The position numbers and the translations under genes were made by a program. 64,000 nt of DNA. Origin: an uncultured delta proteobacterium. GTDB lineage: Bacteria; Desulfobacterota; WTBG01; CAIYCZ01. Positions 63,429-64,000 of this stretch are shown one piece after another. The notes below the pieces were generated by a model, which made no database searches, was not told the DNA's origin, and saw nothing but the letters and a program-made list of their open reading frames with translations. The stretch covers positions 17,088 to 81,087 of the forward strand of contig CAWDOY010000020.1 of the NCBI GenBank assembly GCA_963803975.1. The letters are read 5' to 3'. Numbering within the stretch: the stretch's first letter is position 1; the number at the start of each line of letters is the position of its first letter.

Positions 63429-63970
63429 ATGCTTACGATAGACAACACGGCTTTAATTATTATTGATGTGCAGGAAAAGCTTTTCCGTGTGATTGACAAC
63501 AGAGAAGCGCTGCTGGAAAATCTGCAGAAGATTATCAGCGGTGCCCGGGTGCTCGGCATTCCCCATGCTGGTTACCGAGCAGAACCCGGCTGGTCTTGGC
63601 GCAACAGTACCTGAACTTAAAACCCTTCTTGCGGATATTCAGCCCATCAGCAAGTTCAGCTTCAGCTGCTGCGGGGAAGAGCGCTGCATGGAGGAGCTCT
63701 CCTGACCTGAAGCGCACGCAGCTTCTGCTGGCAGGCATTGAAACCCACATCTGCGTCTATCAGACCGCGCTTGATCTGTTGGATCAGGGCTATGAAGTTG
63801 AAGTGCTTGCCGACTGTGTCGGATCACGTACCGTTGAGAACAAAAGCCTGGGGCTGGAGAAGATGAAGCAGGCCGGCGCGCAGATAACCGGCATTGAGAT
63901 GGCGCTGTTTGAGCTGCAGCGGGTTGCAAAAGGGGAAGCGTTTAAAGAACTCAGCAAACTGGTGAAGTAA
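63429..63970 (+). CDS. Isochorismatase-family cysteine hydrolase (frameshifted)
   Basis: LIIIDVQEKL, TEQNPAGLG.TV, KFSFSC, GIETHICVYQTALDL. Confidence 0.85.
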
Positions 63971-64000
63971 AAAATATAACGCAGAGCGCGCAGAGAAATT

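Noticed and set aside
63700..63710. Selenocysteine UGA in the isochorismatase gene
   Set aside because: Homology continues in a different frame (DLKRTQLLLAGIETH), so it is a frameshift and not at a Cys position.
126..63929. Numerous antisense and alternate-frame ORFs in the six-frame track
   Set aside because: They overlap well-supported genes and lack RBS or family motifs.

Overview
Bacterial chromosomal window, most consistent with an anaerobic deltaproteobacterium (Desulfobacterota-like). This is inferred from the multiheme cytochrome/porin pair, sigma54 systems, selA and RRM proteins. At least 15 otherwise ordinary genes, including carB, selA, prmA and queE, are broken by single-base frameshifts, which points to an unpolished long-read assembly rather than mass pseudogenisation. 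Content in order: (1) a divergent type II KS/ACP lipid cluster linked to a membrane/GAF histidine kinase, an unusual pseudo-bEBP-HisKA fusion, a sigma54 response regulator and an HD-GYP-like output gene with a sigma54 promoter; (2) housekeeping genes (GT9, queE, prmA, hom, AlaC-like aminotransferase, cobB); (3) an AGE epimerase, decaheme cytochrome and CXXCH-containing beta-barrel, FrhB-like protein, KimA-like permease, thyA and PEPCK-like gene; (4) the most striking element, an AT-rich minus-strand array at 32.2-35.3 kb in which four near-identical tiny peptide genes missed by the ORF track (MKKEYEAPKVITYSEDEIIEMLGPAQTCSPSPCPTYQ, RiPP-like YxxP leader) strictly alternate with three secreted proteins that have unrelated N-terminal domains and a shared ~110-aa C-terminal domain; (5) a selenocysteine MsrA, two RRM genes with a shared covarying leader RNA, a cluster of candidate C-rich-loop sRNAs and several MITE/REP-like elements; (6) prmC-prfA-rpmE-rho, coaE-rluD-HNH-selA, PilZ, an aldo/keto reductase, carB and an isochorismatase. 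No rRNA, tRNA or CRISPR array was found.
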